A stretch of DNA of 64,000 bases from Rudaea sp. (GTDB lineage Bacteria; Pseudomonadota; Gammaproteobacteria; Xanthomonadales; Rhodanobacteraceae), in the NCBI GenBank assembly GCA_039935035.1, contig JBDTLA010000025.1, forward strand, positions 8,272 through 72,271, given 5' to 3'. The position numbers and the translations under genes are program-made. Position 1 is the stretch's first letter; each line of letters begins with the position of its first letter. Below the pieces are notes generated by a model that was not told the origin of the DNA, did not search any database, and saw only the letters and a program-made list of their open reading frames with translations. Below, piece by piece: positions 51,527 to 61,318 of this stretch.

Positions 51527-51642
51527 TTGAACCTGTCAACCGAACGTCTGTTCGCGCGTTTTCCTCCTGCAACAACATCGAGCTGCAACAACATCGGGCG
51601 ACGCTCTGCGTTGCAATGCCGTTGTCATCCGGGAGGCTTCTC

Positions 51643-53364
51643 ATGCGCCAGCACCTCATCGCGGCACGCCCGCAATTCATCGCCTTCGCACTGCTCATTT
51701 GCTACTGCATTCCTGCGCCTGCCTATGATCTGATTTTTGATTCCGGATTCCAAGCGGTCACCGACGCGCCGGGCAGCGATGCCGAAGCCGCGCGCTTTCT
51801 GACCATGGCGACATTCGGTCCGACACCCGAAGAAATCGCGCATCTGCGTGGAATCGGATACTCGCAATGGATCGAGCAGCAGTTGGCAATGCCGACGACG
51901 CTGGAACGCCCAACCGTGGAAGCACTCGATGCCGGCGTGCAGAATCCGGGGCAAGGCGACCGCCGCGAGCAGTGGTTGAAAATCGCTTTGACGGCGCCGG
52001 ATCAGTTGCGCCAGCGTGCCGCCTGGGCTCTGTCGCAAATCCTGGTGCTCACCGACCAAGGCAACAAATTGGGCCAGGACCCGGTCGCGCTTGCCGAGTA
52101 TTACGACGTCCTCGGGCGCGACTCGTTCGGTTACTACGACAGCGCAAACACGTATCACCCGGGCACCTATCGCAACATGCTGACCGATGCGACCTACAGT
52201 CCGGCGATGGCCAAGATGCTCACCTACGTTCAGAACGACAAGGGCAACCCGTTGCTGGGTCTGTCTCCCGATGAGAACTATGCGCGCGAAGTCATGCAGT
52301 TGTTTTCGATCGGATTGATCGAACGCAATCCGGATTTCTCGCCGAAGCTCGACAACGCTGGCAATACCATTCCAACCTACGATCAAAACGAGGTAACGGG
52401 CAATGCACACGTCTTCACTGGCCTGAGCTACGACCCGCGCTACTCCAGGAGCTTCAAGAGCTATCCGACCAACGGCCCGAGCTGGACCATCGCCGATTAT
52501 TTGCCGATGTCATGCTATGAAGAGCATCACGACGAAACGCCTAAAATCGTGCTCGACGAAGAGTCGATCGACAATCCGTCGCCGAACTGCGCCGCGGATT
52601 TCACCGAACTGCTCGACATCATCGCCAATCATCCGAATGTCGCACCGTTCATTTCGCGGCAACTGATCCAGCGCTTTACCAGCAGCAACCCGTCGGCATG
52701 CTACATCGAGCACGTATCGACGGTGTTCACCACTACACATGGCGATCTCGGGGCCGTGGTGAAAGCGGTGCTGACCGATCCGGAGGCGATGACCGGGCAG
52801 CAAGACCCGCCCTGCAGCAACGCACCCTTCGTGTTCGGCAAGGCGCGCGAACCGCTATTGAAACTGACCGCGTTTTGGCGCTACTACCACGCAGCCGCGC
52901 AGGATGGCTCCTACTTGAAATCCAGCCTTGGGCGCAGCTATGGACAGGCACCGTTGGATTCACCAAGCGTGTTCAACTTCTATCTGCCCGACTACCTGCC
53001 ACCTGGCGAAATGGGCAATGCCGGCCTGTATGCGCCGGAATTCCAGATCGAAAGCGAAAGCGCAGTCGTGGCTACGGCCAACGACCTGACCAGCCGCGCT
53101 GCTGCATACAAGGGTGCGACGGGGGTTGGCAACAGCACGCTTGCGGTCGACCTGACTGCCCTGTTTGCGCTGGCCAACAATCCCGACGCCCTGGTGACGC
53201 AGGTCAATCACGATCTGATGTACGCCAGCATGAGCCCCGCCATGCACGCCACCCTGGTAAGCATGGTCGGACTGATTCCGTACACCACGGCAGCGCCGCA
53301 ACCGCGCGTGACTTCGCTGCTTCAGGTTGTGCTCGCATCACCCGAATTCTCGATCCAGAAGTGA
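51643..53364 (+). CDS. DUF1800 family exported protein
   Basis: GGGAGG RBS; signal peptide; AARFLTMATFGP, DQLRQR, SPAM, PDENYAREVMQLFSIG, HPNVAPFI, GKAREP, PSVFNFY, SPEF. Confidence 0.88.
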   Translation: MRQHLIAARPQFIAFALLICYCIPAPAYDLIFDSGFQAVTDAPGSDAEAARFLTMATFGPTPEEIAHLRGIGYSQWIEQQLAMPTTLERPTVEALDAGVQNPGQGDRREQWLKIALTAPDQLRQRAAWALSQILVLTDQGNKLGQDPVALAEYYDVLGRDSFGYYDSANTYHPGTYRNMLTDATYSPAMAKMLTYVQNDKGNPLLGLSPDENYAREVMQLFSIGLIERNPDFSPKLDNAGNTIPTYDQNEVTGNAHVFTGLSYDPRYSRSFKSYPTNGPSWTIADYLPMSCYEEHHDETPKIVLDEESIDNPSPNCAADFTELLDIIANHPNVAPFISRQLIQRFTSSNPSACYIEHVSTVFTTTHGDLGAVVKAVLTDPEAMTGQQDPPCSNAPFVFGKAREPLLKLTAFWRYYHAAAQDGSYLKSSLGRSYGQAPLDSPSVFNFYLPDYLPPGEMGNAGLYAPEFQIESESAVVATANDLTSRAAAYKGATGVGNSTLAVDLTALFALANNPDALVTQVNHDLMYASMSPAMHATLVSMVGLIPYTTAAPQPRVTSLLQVVLASPEFSIQK

Positions 53365-53372
53365 GGCCCGCC

Positions 53373-54821
53373 ATGACCAAGCTGATCAATTCTTCGCGTC
53401 GTCATTTTCTGCGTCAAGTCGCCTGCTCCAGCGTCGCTTGCGCCACCGGCAGTGCCTTGTTCGGACAATTGAGCCTGATGAATTCCGCGCTTGCCGCAAG
53501 TTGCTCGCCGTATTCGCCGGTGACCGACTACAAGGCGTTGGTTTGCCTGTTTCTAACCGGCGGCAACGATTCGTTCAACTTGTTGATACCCAGTGACAGC
53601 GCGCGCTATGCGATCTACAACACCTCGCGCAGCGGCCCGGCGCCCGATGGCATGGCGATCGATCCCGCTACGTTGATTCCGGTTCATCCGACCACGCTCG
53701 ATCATGCCAGCGACCAATACGGCATGCATCCGAGTTGCCCGGAACTGGCCAGCGCGTTCGACAGCGGGCATCTGGCCTTCGTAGTCAACACCGGCACGAT
53801 GCTGCAACCGACGAACAAGAGCCAGTACAACACCCCCGGTTATCCGCTGCCTCCGCAATTGTTTTCGCATGCCGATCAACAGGCGCAATGGCAATTCGGG
53901 CAACCCGCGCAAAACGGCACGGTCGGCTGGGCAGGACTCGCTGCCGATCGCCTGAGCGTGCTCAATCCGGGCATGACGGTTCCGATGTCCATCACCCTCT
54001 CCGGCCAGAACCGTCTGCAGGCTGGTCAAATCGTGCAACCGTATTCCGTTAACAGTTCCGGCCCGGCTGGCCTCGGAGGCTACAACGGATCTTTGGGCAG
54101 CATAAAGAACAACGCACTGGAACAGCTACTCGCGCAAACGTACTCCGATCCTTTGTCTCGAAACTACCAGTCCACAATGAAGAATTCGATTGACTGGTAC
54201 CAAACCTTGAACACGGCGCTACAGGGCGCCGACGATGTCTCTGGCAATTTTCCTGCACTGGGCACCAACCCGATCGCGGATGCGATGCAGGAAATCGCGA
54301 AAATCATCTCCGTGCGCAGCGCGCTAGGCGCGAAGCGGCAGATCTTTTTTCTCAATTACGGAAGTTTCGATACCCACGACGGGCAACTCGACGTAAATAG
54401 CGGGCAACCGGCGTTGTTCTCAACCATCTCGCAGGCGCTCGGCAGTTTCTATAACGCGACCGTGCAGCTGGGGGTTCAGAACGCCGTCACCAGTTTCACG
54501 TTCTCGGAATTCGCGCGCACCCTCAATTCCAATGGCGACGGCACCGATCACGCCTGGGGCGGCATTCAGTTGGCGCTGGGTGGATCGGTCCTGGGCAAGA
54601 AGCTCTACAGTGCGCCCATGGCCAGCGGCAATCGCTACTTCCCCGATCAAACTCTCGACAGCAACGACTGCCTTGCACGCGGGCAGATGATTCCCAGCGT
54701 CTCCTGCGATCAGTACTCGGCGACCTTGGCACGTTGGCTGGGAGTCAACGACTGCGACATCGGCACGATTTTCCCTTACGTCGGTAACTTCCCGACGAAC
54801 GATCTTGGCTTCCTCGCCTGA
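53373..54821 (+). CDS. DUF1501 family Tat-exported protein
   Basis: SRRHFLR Tat motif; YKALVCLFLTGGNDS, LFSHADQQ, FDTH, SEFARTL, GTDHAWG. Confidence 0.88.
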   Translation: MTKLINSSRRHFLRQVACSSVACATGSALFGQLSLMNSALAASCSPYSPVTDYKALVCLFLTGGNDSFNLLIPSDSARYAIYNTSRSGPAPDGMAIDPATLIPVHPTTLDHASDQYGMHPSCPELASAFDSGHLAFVVNTGTMLQPTNKSQYNTPGYPLPPQLFSHADQQAQWQFGQPAQNGTVGWAGLAADRLSVLNPGMTVPMSITLSGQNRLQAGQIVQPYSVNSSGPAGLGGYNGSLGSIKNNALEQLLAQTYSDPLSRNYQSTMKNSIDWYQTLNTALQGADDVSGNFPALGTNPIADAMQEIAKIISVRSALGAKRQIFFLNYGSFDTHDGQLDVNSGQPALFSTISQALGSFYNATVQLGVQNAVTSFTFSEFARTLNSNGDGTDHAWGGIQLALGGSVLGKKLYSAPMASGNRYFPDQTLDSNDCLARGQMIPSVSCDQYSATLARWLGVNDCDIGTIFPYVGNFPTNDLGFLA

Positions 54822-54832
54822 CGGCTACTCCA

Positions 54833-54854
54833 GGCGCAGGGACGCGCCATTTTT
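54833..54854 (+). terminator. Weak intrinsic terminator candidate
   Basis: GGCGC-AGGGAC-GCGCC followed by ATTTTT. Confidence 0.35.
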
Positions 54855-54925
54855 CGAATGCCTGACATCACCATCGCTAAACCTTCGGCTACAATGCCGG
54901 CACTTCATGCGATCGTGAGTATTCC

Positions 54926-55693
54926 ATGCAATTGGATCAGACCAAGGCCGTCATTACTGGCGGCGTTTCCGGGCTCGGTTTCGCCGTAGCCAAACACCTT
55001 GTGGCCAACGGCGGCAAGGTGGCGTTGCTCGATATCAACGACGACAAGGGCGCAGCTGCCGTCGCCGAACTTGGCTCTGCTGCGAGTTACTTGCGTACCG
55101 ACGTAACTCACGAAGAAGGTGTGGCAACCGCGCTGAAACAAGCTGCGGAAAAAATGGGTGGCCTCAATGTCGCCATCAGCTGTGCCGGCATTCTTGGTGC
55201 CGGACGCGTGCTCGGTCGCGAAGGCCCGATGCCGCTGAAAACATTCCAGACCACGGTCATGGTCAATCTCATCGGCAGCTTCAACGTGGCCAAGGCCGCT
55301 GCCGACCTCATGCAGCACAATGCGGCCGGCGACGACGGCGAACGCGGCGTGATCGTCAATACCGCATCCATTGCCGCCTACGAAGGCCAGATCGGTCAGG
55401 CTGCCTATTCGGCATCCAAAGGCGGCGTGATCGGCATGACGCTGCCCATGGCGCGCGAATTCGCCCGCATCGGCGTACGCGTGATGACCGTCGCTCCCGG
55501 CGTATTCCACACGCCAATGGTCGACGGCATGCCGCCCGCAGTATACGAATCGCTTTGTGCACAAGTACCCTACCCGTCGCGCCTGGGCACGCCGGAAGAG
55601 TTTGCCGGCACCGTCGCGTTCATACTGCAAAACCGGTACATGAACGGCAGCGTGATTCGCGTTGACGGCGCGATCCGGTTGGCACCCAAGTGA
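54926..55693 (+). CDS. SDR-family 3-hydroxyacyl-CoA dehydrogenase (HSD10-like)
   Basis: TGGVSGLG, ERGVIVNTAS, YEGQIGQAAYSASKGG, MTLPMARE. Confidence 0.9.
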   Translation: MQLDQTKAVITGGVSGLGFAVAKHLVANGGKVALLDINDDKGAAAVAELGSAASYLRTDVTHEEGVATALKQAAEKMGGLNVAISCAGILGAGRVLGREGPMPLKTFQTTVMVNLIGSFNVAKAAADLMQHNAAGDDGERGVIVNTASIAAYEGQIGQAAYSASKGGVIGMTLPMAREFARIGVRVMTVAPGVFHTPMVDGMPPAVYESLCAQVPYPSRLGTPEEFAGTVAFILQNRYMNGSVIRVDGAIRLAPK

Positions 55694-55763
55694 GTTCAGG
55701 ATGAACTCATCCCGGACAGCACAGGGACGCGCACCGATCCGGAATCCATTTTGACCAGAACAA

Positions 55764-55791
55764 CTGGATTCCCGCCTGCGCGGGAATGACG
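55764..55791. repeat. Palindromic dispersed repeat (TGGATTCC...GGAATGAC type)
   Basis: CTGGATTCCCGCCTGCGCGGGAATGACG. A degenerate inverted partner (TCATCCCGG...CCGGAATCCA) lies just upstream; same family as 9305-9332. Confidence 0.7.
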
Positions 55792-55801
55792 AGCGAAAAT
55801 C

Positions 55802-56365
55802 ATGAAAGCTTCCGACATCAAGAAAGGCAACGTCGTCGAACACAATGGCCGGGTCTGGCAGATCCGCGACATCGAGCGCAGCTCGCCGACTGCGCGCGGC
55901 GGCAACGTCACGTTCCGATTCACTCTCTACAGTGTGCCCGGCGCCCAGAAACTTGATCTGTCGCTACGCGCCGACGACGAGTTGAAGGAAACCGAACTGG
56001 TTCGGCGTTCGGTCAATTATTCCTACATGGACGGCGATTTTTTCGTATTCATGGACGCCGAGGACTACACCCAATACACGCTTGGTCGCGACAGCATCGG
56101 CGATGCCGCCGGCTTCATCGCCGACGGTCTGGAAGGCTGCTACATGCAGTTGATCGATGACGAACCGGTAGCATTGCAGTTGCCAGCAACGGTGACCCTG
56201 GAAGTCGTCGACACCGCGCCCGAACTCAGGGGTGCCACCGCCACCAAACGCCCGAAACCGGCCAAGCTAAACACCGGCATCGAGATCCAGGTCCCCGAAT
56301 ACATCACCACCGGCGAGAAGATCCTCATCAGCACGCTGACCGGCGAATTCAGCGGCCGGGCGTAA
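55802..56365 (+). CDS. yeiP: Elongation factor P-like protein EfpL/YeiP
   Basis: EF-P fold with an SPTARGG loop (Arg at the tip), [23 protein letters not shown]. Confidence 0.9.
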   Translation: MKASDIKKGNVVEHNGRVWQIRDIERSSPTARGGNVTFRFTLYSVPGAQKLDLSLRADDELKETELVRRSVNYSYMDGDFFVFMDAEDYTQYTLGRDSIGDAAGFIADGLEGCYMQLIDDEPVALQLPATVTLEVVDTAPELRGATATKRPKPAKLNTGIEIQVPEYITTGEKILISTLTGEFSGRA

Positions 56366-56551
56366 CCAGTTCGCCGCCTATCGATTCCCCTGAACAGTCC
56401 GGCAACCAGAACTCCCAATAAGCGCGCTGAAATTGCTTGTGTTGCTGTTCGGAGTTTGGCAAGGTACCGCGTCGCCCTTCGCACATGGTGTCGGCGACAC
56501 GATTCCGGAACGCCTTGTGCGTTCCGCTCATAGCTTGAGAGGGGAGTCTCA

Positions 56552-58033
56552 ATGGCGAAAAGTCTTTTCATCACCCAACCGGTGCACGCAACACCACACG
56601 TCGATGCGGGCGAGCCGGTTACTGGCAGTATCCACGGTGAAGTCACGCTAAAACGTGTGCTCACCGCCCAGCATCTGGTCATGCTCGGTATCGGCGCCAT
56701 CATCGGCGCAGGCATCTTCGTATTGACCGGGCATGCGGCGGCGGAATATGCCGGGCCAGCCGTCGTACTGAGTTTCGTGTTTGCCGGTATTGCCTGCGCA
56801 TTTGCCGGGCTTTGCTATGCAGAGTTTGCATCGATGCTCCCGGTCTCGGGCAGCGCCTACTCTTATTCGTACGCCACGCTCGGTGAAATCGTCGCCTGGT
56901 TCGTCGGCTGGATGCTGGTGCTCGAATATCTTTTTGCGGCATCGACCGTGGCCGTCGGCTGGTCTGGCTATCTCAACAGCCTGCTGCAATCGGTCGGCAG
57001 TTGGATGCATATTCAACTCGCGTTGCCGGCGGCATTGGCTTCTGCACCTTTGACGATCAAAGATGGTGCGGTCCACACGACCGGTGCCATCGTCAATCTG
57101 CCTGCGGTACTCATCATCGGTGCGATCAGCACGTTGTGCTATCGCGGCATCTCGCAATCGGCTACGGCCAATGCGGTCATCGTCGCAATCAAGCTCGTCG
57201 TCATCCTGTTGTTCGTCGGCTTCAGTCTGCAGTTTGTCGATACATCATTGTGGCATCCGTTCGTGCCGCCCATGGACAGCGCCGGCCATTTCGGCTGGAA
57301 CGGCGTGTTCCGCGGCGCCTCGATCGTATTCTTCGCGTACATCGGTTTCGATGCGGTCTCCACCGCCGCACAGGAAGCAAAGAATCCGCAGCGCGACATG
57401 CCCATCGGTATCCTGGGTTCGCTGGTGATCTGCACCGTCTTGTATATCATTGTCTCGGCCATACTGACCGGCATGACGTCGTATTTGAATCTGAATACGG
57501 CGGAGCCGGTGGTTACCGCCCTGCTCGCCTACCCGAGTCTGGTTTGGCTACGCACCATCGTCGAATTGGGAGCGATTGCCGGCCTGTCCTCAGTCATTCT
57601 GGTGATGCTGATGGGCCAGCCGCGCATTTTCTACACGATGGCGCGCGACGGCATGTTGCCGCCCTTGTTTGGTCGCCTGCATCCAAAATTCCAGACACCG
57701 TACATAGGCACCGTCATCGTCGGTATCATTGCAGCGATCCTTGCGGGCTTGCTGCCGATTGGCGTGCTCGGCGATCTGGTATCGATGGGAACCTTGCTTG
57801 CGTTTACCACCGTTTGCATTGGCGTGCTGGTGTTGCGCCGCACGCGCCCGGATATTAAACGCTCGTTCCGCGTGCCATTTGCACCCGTAGTCTGCGTACT
57901 CGGTGCGCTGTGTTGTTTCGCCCTGTTCCTGTTGGCATTCATGGACAACTGGCACTGGATGATTGGCTGGATTGCAGTTGGATTCCTGGTCTACTTTGGC
58001 TACGGCTATCGCCATAGCAAGCTGCGTCAGTAA
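56552..58033 (+). CDS. APC-family amino acid permease
   Basis: GIGAIIGAGIF, CYAEFAS, SGSAYSY, FFAYIGFD, EAKNPQRDMP. Confidence 0.93.
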   Translation: MAKSLFITQPVHATPHVDAGEPVTGSIHGEVTLKRVLTAQHLVMLGIGAIIGAGIFVLTGHAAAEYAGPAVVLSFVFAGIACAFAGLCYAEFASMLPVSGSAYSYSYATLGEIVAWFVGWMLVLEYLFAASTVAVGWSGYLNSLLQSVGSWMHIQLALPAALASAPLTIKDGAVHTTGAIVNLPAVLIIGAISTLCYRGISQSATANAVIVAIKLVVILLFVGFSLQFVDTSLWHPFVPPMDSAGHFGWNGVFRGASIVFFAYIGFDAVSTAAQEAKNPQRDMPIGILGSLVICTVLYIIVSAILTGMTSYLNLNTAEPVVTALLAYPSLVWLRTIVELGAIAGLSSVILVMLMGQPRIFYTMARDGMLPPLFGRLHPKFQTPYIGTVIVGIIAAILAGLLPIGVLGDLVSMGTLLAFTTVCIGVLVLRRTRPDIKRSFRVPFAPVVCVLGALCCFALFLLAFMDNWHWMIGWIAVGFLVYFGYGYRHSKLRQ

Positions 58034-58045
58034 TCAGTCCCCTTT

Positions 58046-58071
58046 GAAAGGCCGGCCCATGCCGGCCTTTC
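58046..58071 (+). terminator. Strong hairpin between the two permease genes
   Basis: GAAAGGCCGGC-CCAT-GCCGGCCTTTC, a perfect 11-bp stem. Confidence 0.55.
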
Positions 58072-58109
58072 TCGCTTGAGCGGCCACCGCCACAAAACGG
58101 ACAAATCGC

Positions 58110-59555
58110 ATGCTGGATCGACTGCTCGCCAAAAAGACCGACTTCGCTACCGACCCGAACATCGGCGCGGACGGCATCGATCTGAAACGCACACTCGGCC
58201 CCTGGGGATTGACGGCGCTGGGCATTGGCGCGGTCATCGGCGGCGGTATTTTCGTGATTACCGGACAGGCCGCCGCGGAACATGCCGGGCCTGCGATCGT
58301 GCTGTGTTTCATCCTCGCGGCGATCTGTTGCAGTTTCTGTGCGCTGTGCTACGCCGAGTTCGCAACGCTGATCCCGATGTCGGGAAGTTCGTATTCCTAC
58401 GCGTACGCCACTTTGGGCGAATTCGTGGCCTGGTTTATCGGCTGGAACATGGTGCTCGAATACGGCGTGTCGGCTTCGGCCGTGGCAGTGAGCTGGACCG
58501 GATACTTCACCAGTTTGCTCGATCACATGGGAATGCATTTGCCCACCGTATTGACCAATTCACCGCTCGCGTACACTGACCATCATCTGGTCGCGACCGG
58601 GGCGCTGTTCAATTTGCCCGCTGTCGCAATCGTGCTTGCGCTGACCTGGCTTTGTTATATCGGCATCCGCGAATCCAGCGGCGTGAACCTGGCAATGGTG
58701 ATCCTCAAGGTGGCCTTGATCGTGATCGTGATCGTCGCTGGCTGGCAATACGTGAACCCGGATCTGTGGCACCCGTTCATTCCTGCGAACCAGGGGCCGG
58801 AGAAATACGGCTGGTCCGGCATCATCCGCGGCTCGGCATTGGTGTTCTTCGCCTATATCGGTTTCGAGGCAACCTCAACTGCCGCGCAGGAAGCAAAGAA
58901 TCCGCAGCGCGACCTGCCGATTGGCACCCTCGTATCGCTGGCCATCTGTACCGTTTTGTACATAGGCATGGCCGCGGTTCTCACCGGTCTTTTACCGTTC
59001 GACCAGCTCGGCACGTCCGAGCCGGTTGTCACCGCCGTCAGGGCGCACCCGCAACTGAACTGGTTGCGCTGGCTGGTGGAAATCGGTGCGCTGATCGGCT
59101 TGTCGTCGGTTGTGTTGGTGATGATCATCGCGCAACCGCGCATCTTCATGATCATGGGCCGTGACGGCATGCTGCCGCCCGTATTCGCCAAGATTCATCC
59201 GAAATATCGCACCCCATACATCAATACCGTTATCACCGGCATTGGCATTGCCGTGCTGGCTGCGATCTTCCCGCTCGACATTCTCGGCGACCTGGTTTCG
59301 ATGGGCACGCTAATCGCATTCTGTGCGGTTTGCATCGGGGTGCTGATCCTGCGCCGCACCCGCCCGGAATTGAAGCGCACGTTCCGTGTGCCATGGGCGC
59401 CGGTCACCTGCACGCTGGGCGTGTTGAGCTGCCTGTTCCTGCTGATTTTCGGCGAGAACTGGTACAACTGGACGCTGATGGGTCTGTGGACCGTCGTCGG
59501 CTTCGCCATCTACTTCGGCTACGGGTATCGGCACAGCAAGCTGCGCAAGGCTTGA
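58110..59555 (+). CDS. APC-family amino acid permease (paralogue of the upstream gene)
   Basis: GIGAVIGGGIF, CYAEFAT, SGSSYSY, FFAYIGFE, EAKNPQRDLP, and the same GYRHSKLR ending. Confidence 0.93.
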   Translation: MLDRLLAKKTDFATDPNIGADGIDLKRTLGPWGLTALGIGAVIGGGIFVITGQAAAEHAGPAIVLCFILAAICCSFCALCYAEFATLIPMSGSSYSYAYATLGEFVAWFIGWNMVLEYGVSASAVAVSWTGYFTSLLDHMGMHLPTVLTNSPLAYTDHHLVATGALFNLPAVAIVLALTWLCYIGIRESSGVNLAMVILKVALIVIVIVAGWQYVNPDLWHPFIPANQGPEKYGWSGIIRGSALVFFAYIGFEATSTAAQEAKNPQRDLPIGTLVSLAICTVLYIGMAAVLTGLLPFDQLGTSEPVVTAVRAHPQLNWLRWLVEIGALIGLSSVVLVMIIAQPRIFMIMGRDGMLPPVFAKIHPKYRTPYINTVITGIGIAVLAAIFPLDILGDLVSMGTLIAFCAVCIGVLILRRTRPELKRTFRVPWAPVTCTLGVLSCLFLLIFGENWYNWTLMGLWTVVGFAIYFGYGYRHSKLRKA

Positions 59556-59658
59556 TCTCGCGGCCAAAAGTAAATCGAACTTGCTTCAGTTTTATATCTT
59601 AAGCAACTGAAATATAAAACTATCTTCTTCGCACGAACGAATGGTCCCAGCAATGGGA

Positions 59659-61230
59659 TCAACTGCTCAGCCTGCCGGTGACCTCATCTTGATGCGCGTC
59701 TTCTGCGCTCACCTCGCAATCCAGATTTGTCGCGTTGTCGTCTGTCCTTTCTTCATTCGCCACCGCTGAATCGTCGAGCAAACCATCCGGCAGGGTCTTG
59801 CTCGACCGCGCACCCAGCACGCGCAACTTCTCGACCTGACCCACCAGATTGCCGCGCCCGCTGGCCAGTTTGCTCTTCGCTGCGCGAAGCGACCCGCGCG
59901 CGGCATCGAGTTTGGCCCCGACATCTTCGATGTCTTCGACGAATCCCACGAACTTGTCGTACAACTTGCCAGCACGATCGGCGATCTCGAAAGCATTGCG
60001 ATTGCGGTCATCGAATCGCCACAGGCTCGAAACCGTGCGCAAGGTTGCCAGCAGCGTCGATGTCGTCACGATCACGACCTGGCGCTCGAGCGCAAACGCA
60101 TGCAGATCCTCGTCACGGTGCACGGCCTCGATGTAGGCCGCCTCCACTGGCACGAACATCAGCACGAACTCGAGCGAATTCACGCCGGGCAGATCGCTGT
60201 AACGCTTGCTGGCCAATTCCTTGACGTGATTGCGCAGCGAGGCGAGATGCGCGCTCAGCTGATGGCCGCGTTCATGGTCGTCGGCGGCTGCGCAGTAGCG
60301 TTCGTACGCCGTGAGGGAAACCTTGGCGTCGATGATCAGATCGCGCGATTCAGGTAAATGCACGATGACATCCGGGCGCGGCCGCCCACCATCGTCTCCG
60401 TGCAAGGCGACCTGCATTTCGTATTCACGTCCGCGCTGCAACCCTGAGGCTTCGAGCAAGCGTTCCAGCACCAGTTCGCCCCACGCACCCTGCGATTTGC
60501 TGTCGCGAGTCAGCGCGCGGGTCAGATTGCGCGCGTCCTCGTCGATCTGCTTGTTCAAGGTTTTCAGCGTCTCGATTTCGGCCTTGAGCAATTCGCGCTC
60601 GCGACTTTCCTTATCGTAGACCTCGTCAACGCGCTTGCGAAAATCACCCAGTTGCTCGCGCAAAGGATTGAGCAAAGTGCCCAGGCTGGCCTGATTGTGC
60701 TCGGTGAATTTCTTGCTCTTTTCTTCAAGCAGGTCGCCCGCCAGCGCCTTGAACTTGTCCGAGAATTCTTCGCGCACACGTTCGAGCAGGCTGATCTTTT
60801 CGTGCGCCGCATGGGTTTGCTCGTGCAAACGCGTGCTCAATGCGGTGGCTTGTTGCTCGGCACGCTGGCGCGCCTCGCTCGCTTCCTGATTATCCGATCG
60901 AGCCCTGGCCAGTTCCTCCTCAACCTGGGTCAAGCGTTCCAGCCGACCGGACATCGTCGCCCGTTCAGCCGACACGTCGGAAAGTTGCGCGCGCGTCTCG
61001 GCAAGCTCGCGAGCGCGCGCGTCGCTTTCGCCTTGCAGCCGCCGCCGCGCTTCCAGCGCCGCGTCTCGTTCGCCGGCCAGTTGCGCAAATTCGACATCAC
61101 GGCTTTCGCGACCTGCAGCCAACATGCGCGAACGCAATACCAGCCACGCCATCAGCAAGCCAAAAGCAAACGCACCCAGCGCAATCAGAACCCACATCAA
61201 TGTGTTGTTTTGCAGCGTCGACACGAGCAC
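59659..61230 (-). CDS. rmuC: DNA recombination protein RmuC
   Basis: TM segment plus coiled coil; QGAWGELVLERLLE, RPDVIVHLP, IIDAKVSL, LMFVPVE, KLYDKF. Confidence 0.92.
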   Translation of the reverse strand: MLVSTLQNNTLMWVLIALGAFAFGLLMAWLVLRSRMLAAGRESRDVEFAQLAGERDAALEARRRLQGESDARARELAETRAQLSDVSAERATMSGRLERLTQVEEELARARSDNQEASEARQRAEQQATALSTRLHEQTHAAHEKISLLERVREEFSDKFKALAGDLLEEKSKKFTEHNQASLGTLLNPLREQLGDFRKRVDEVYDKESRERELLKAEIETLKTLNKQIDEDARNLTRALTRDSKSQGAWGELVLERLLEASGLQRGREYEMQVALHGDDGGRPRPDVIVHLPESRDLIIDAKVSLTAYERYCAAADDHERGHQLSAHLASLRNHVKELASKRYSDLPGVNSLEFVLMFVPVEAAYIEAVHRDEDLHAFALERQVVIVTTSTLLATLRTVSSLWRFDDRNRNAFEIADRAGKLYDKFVGFVEDIEDVGAKLDAARGSLRAAKSKLASGRGNLVGQVEKLRVLGARSSKTLPDGLLDDSAVANEERTDDNATNLDCEVSAEDAHQDEVTGRLSS

Positions 61231-61318
61231 TCCGCGTGAATGAGCAAGGCGTCATTGTGACAGCCCTACGTCTCAGTTGGCGAGATGCGCTTCGCACCCG
61301 CGGCAAACGCACCGCATC

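Noticed and set aside
52698-53372. 707-aa ORF suggesting a fusion or frameshift between DUF1800 and DUF1501
   Set aside because: DUF1800 ends normally at SPEFSIQK-stop, and DUF1501 has its own GAGG RBS, ATG (53373) and Tat motif.
55802-56365. Arg at the EF-P loop tip as a novelty
   Set aside because: This is the known signature of the EfpL/YeiP subfamily.
56366-56551. Possible amino-acid riboswitch upstream of the permeases
   Set aside because: I could not see a glycine, lysine or SAM riboswitch consensus; an Rfam scan would be needed to exclude one formally.
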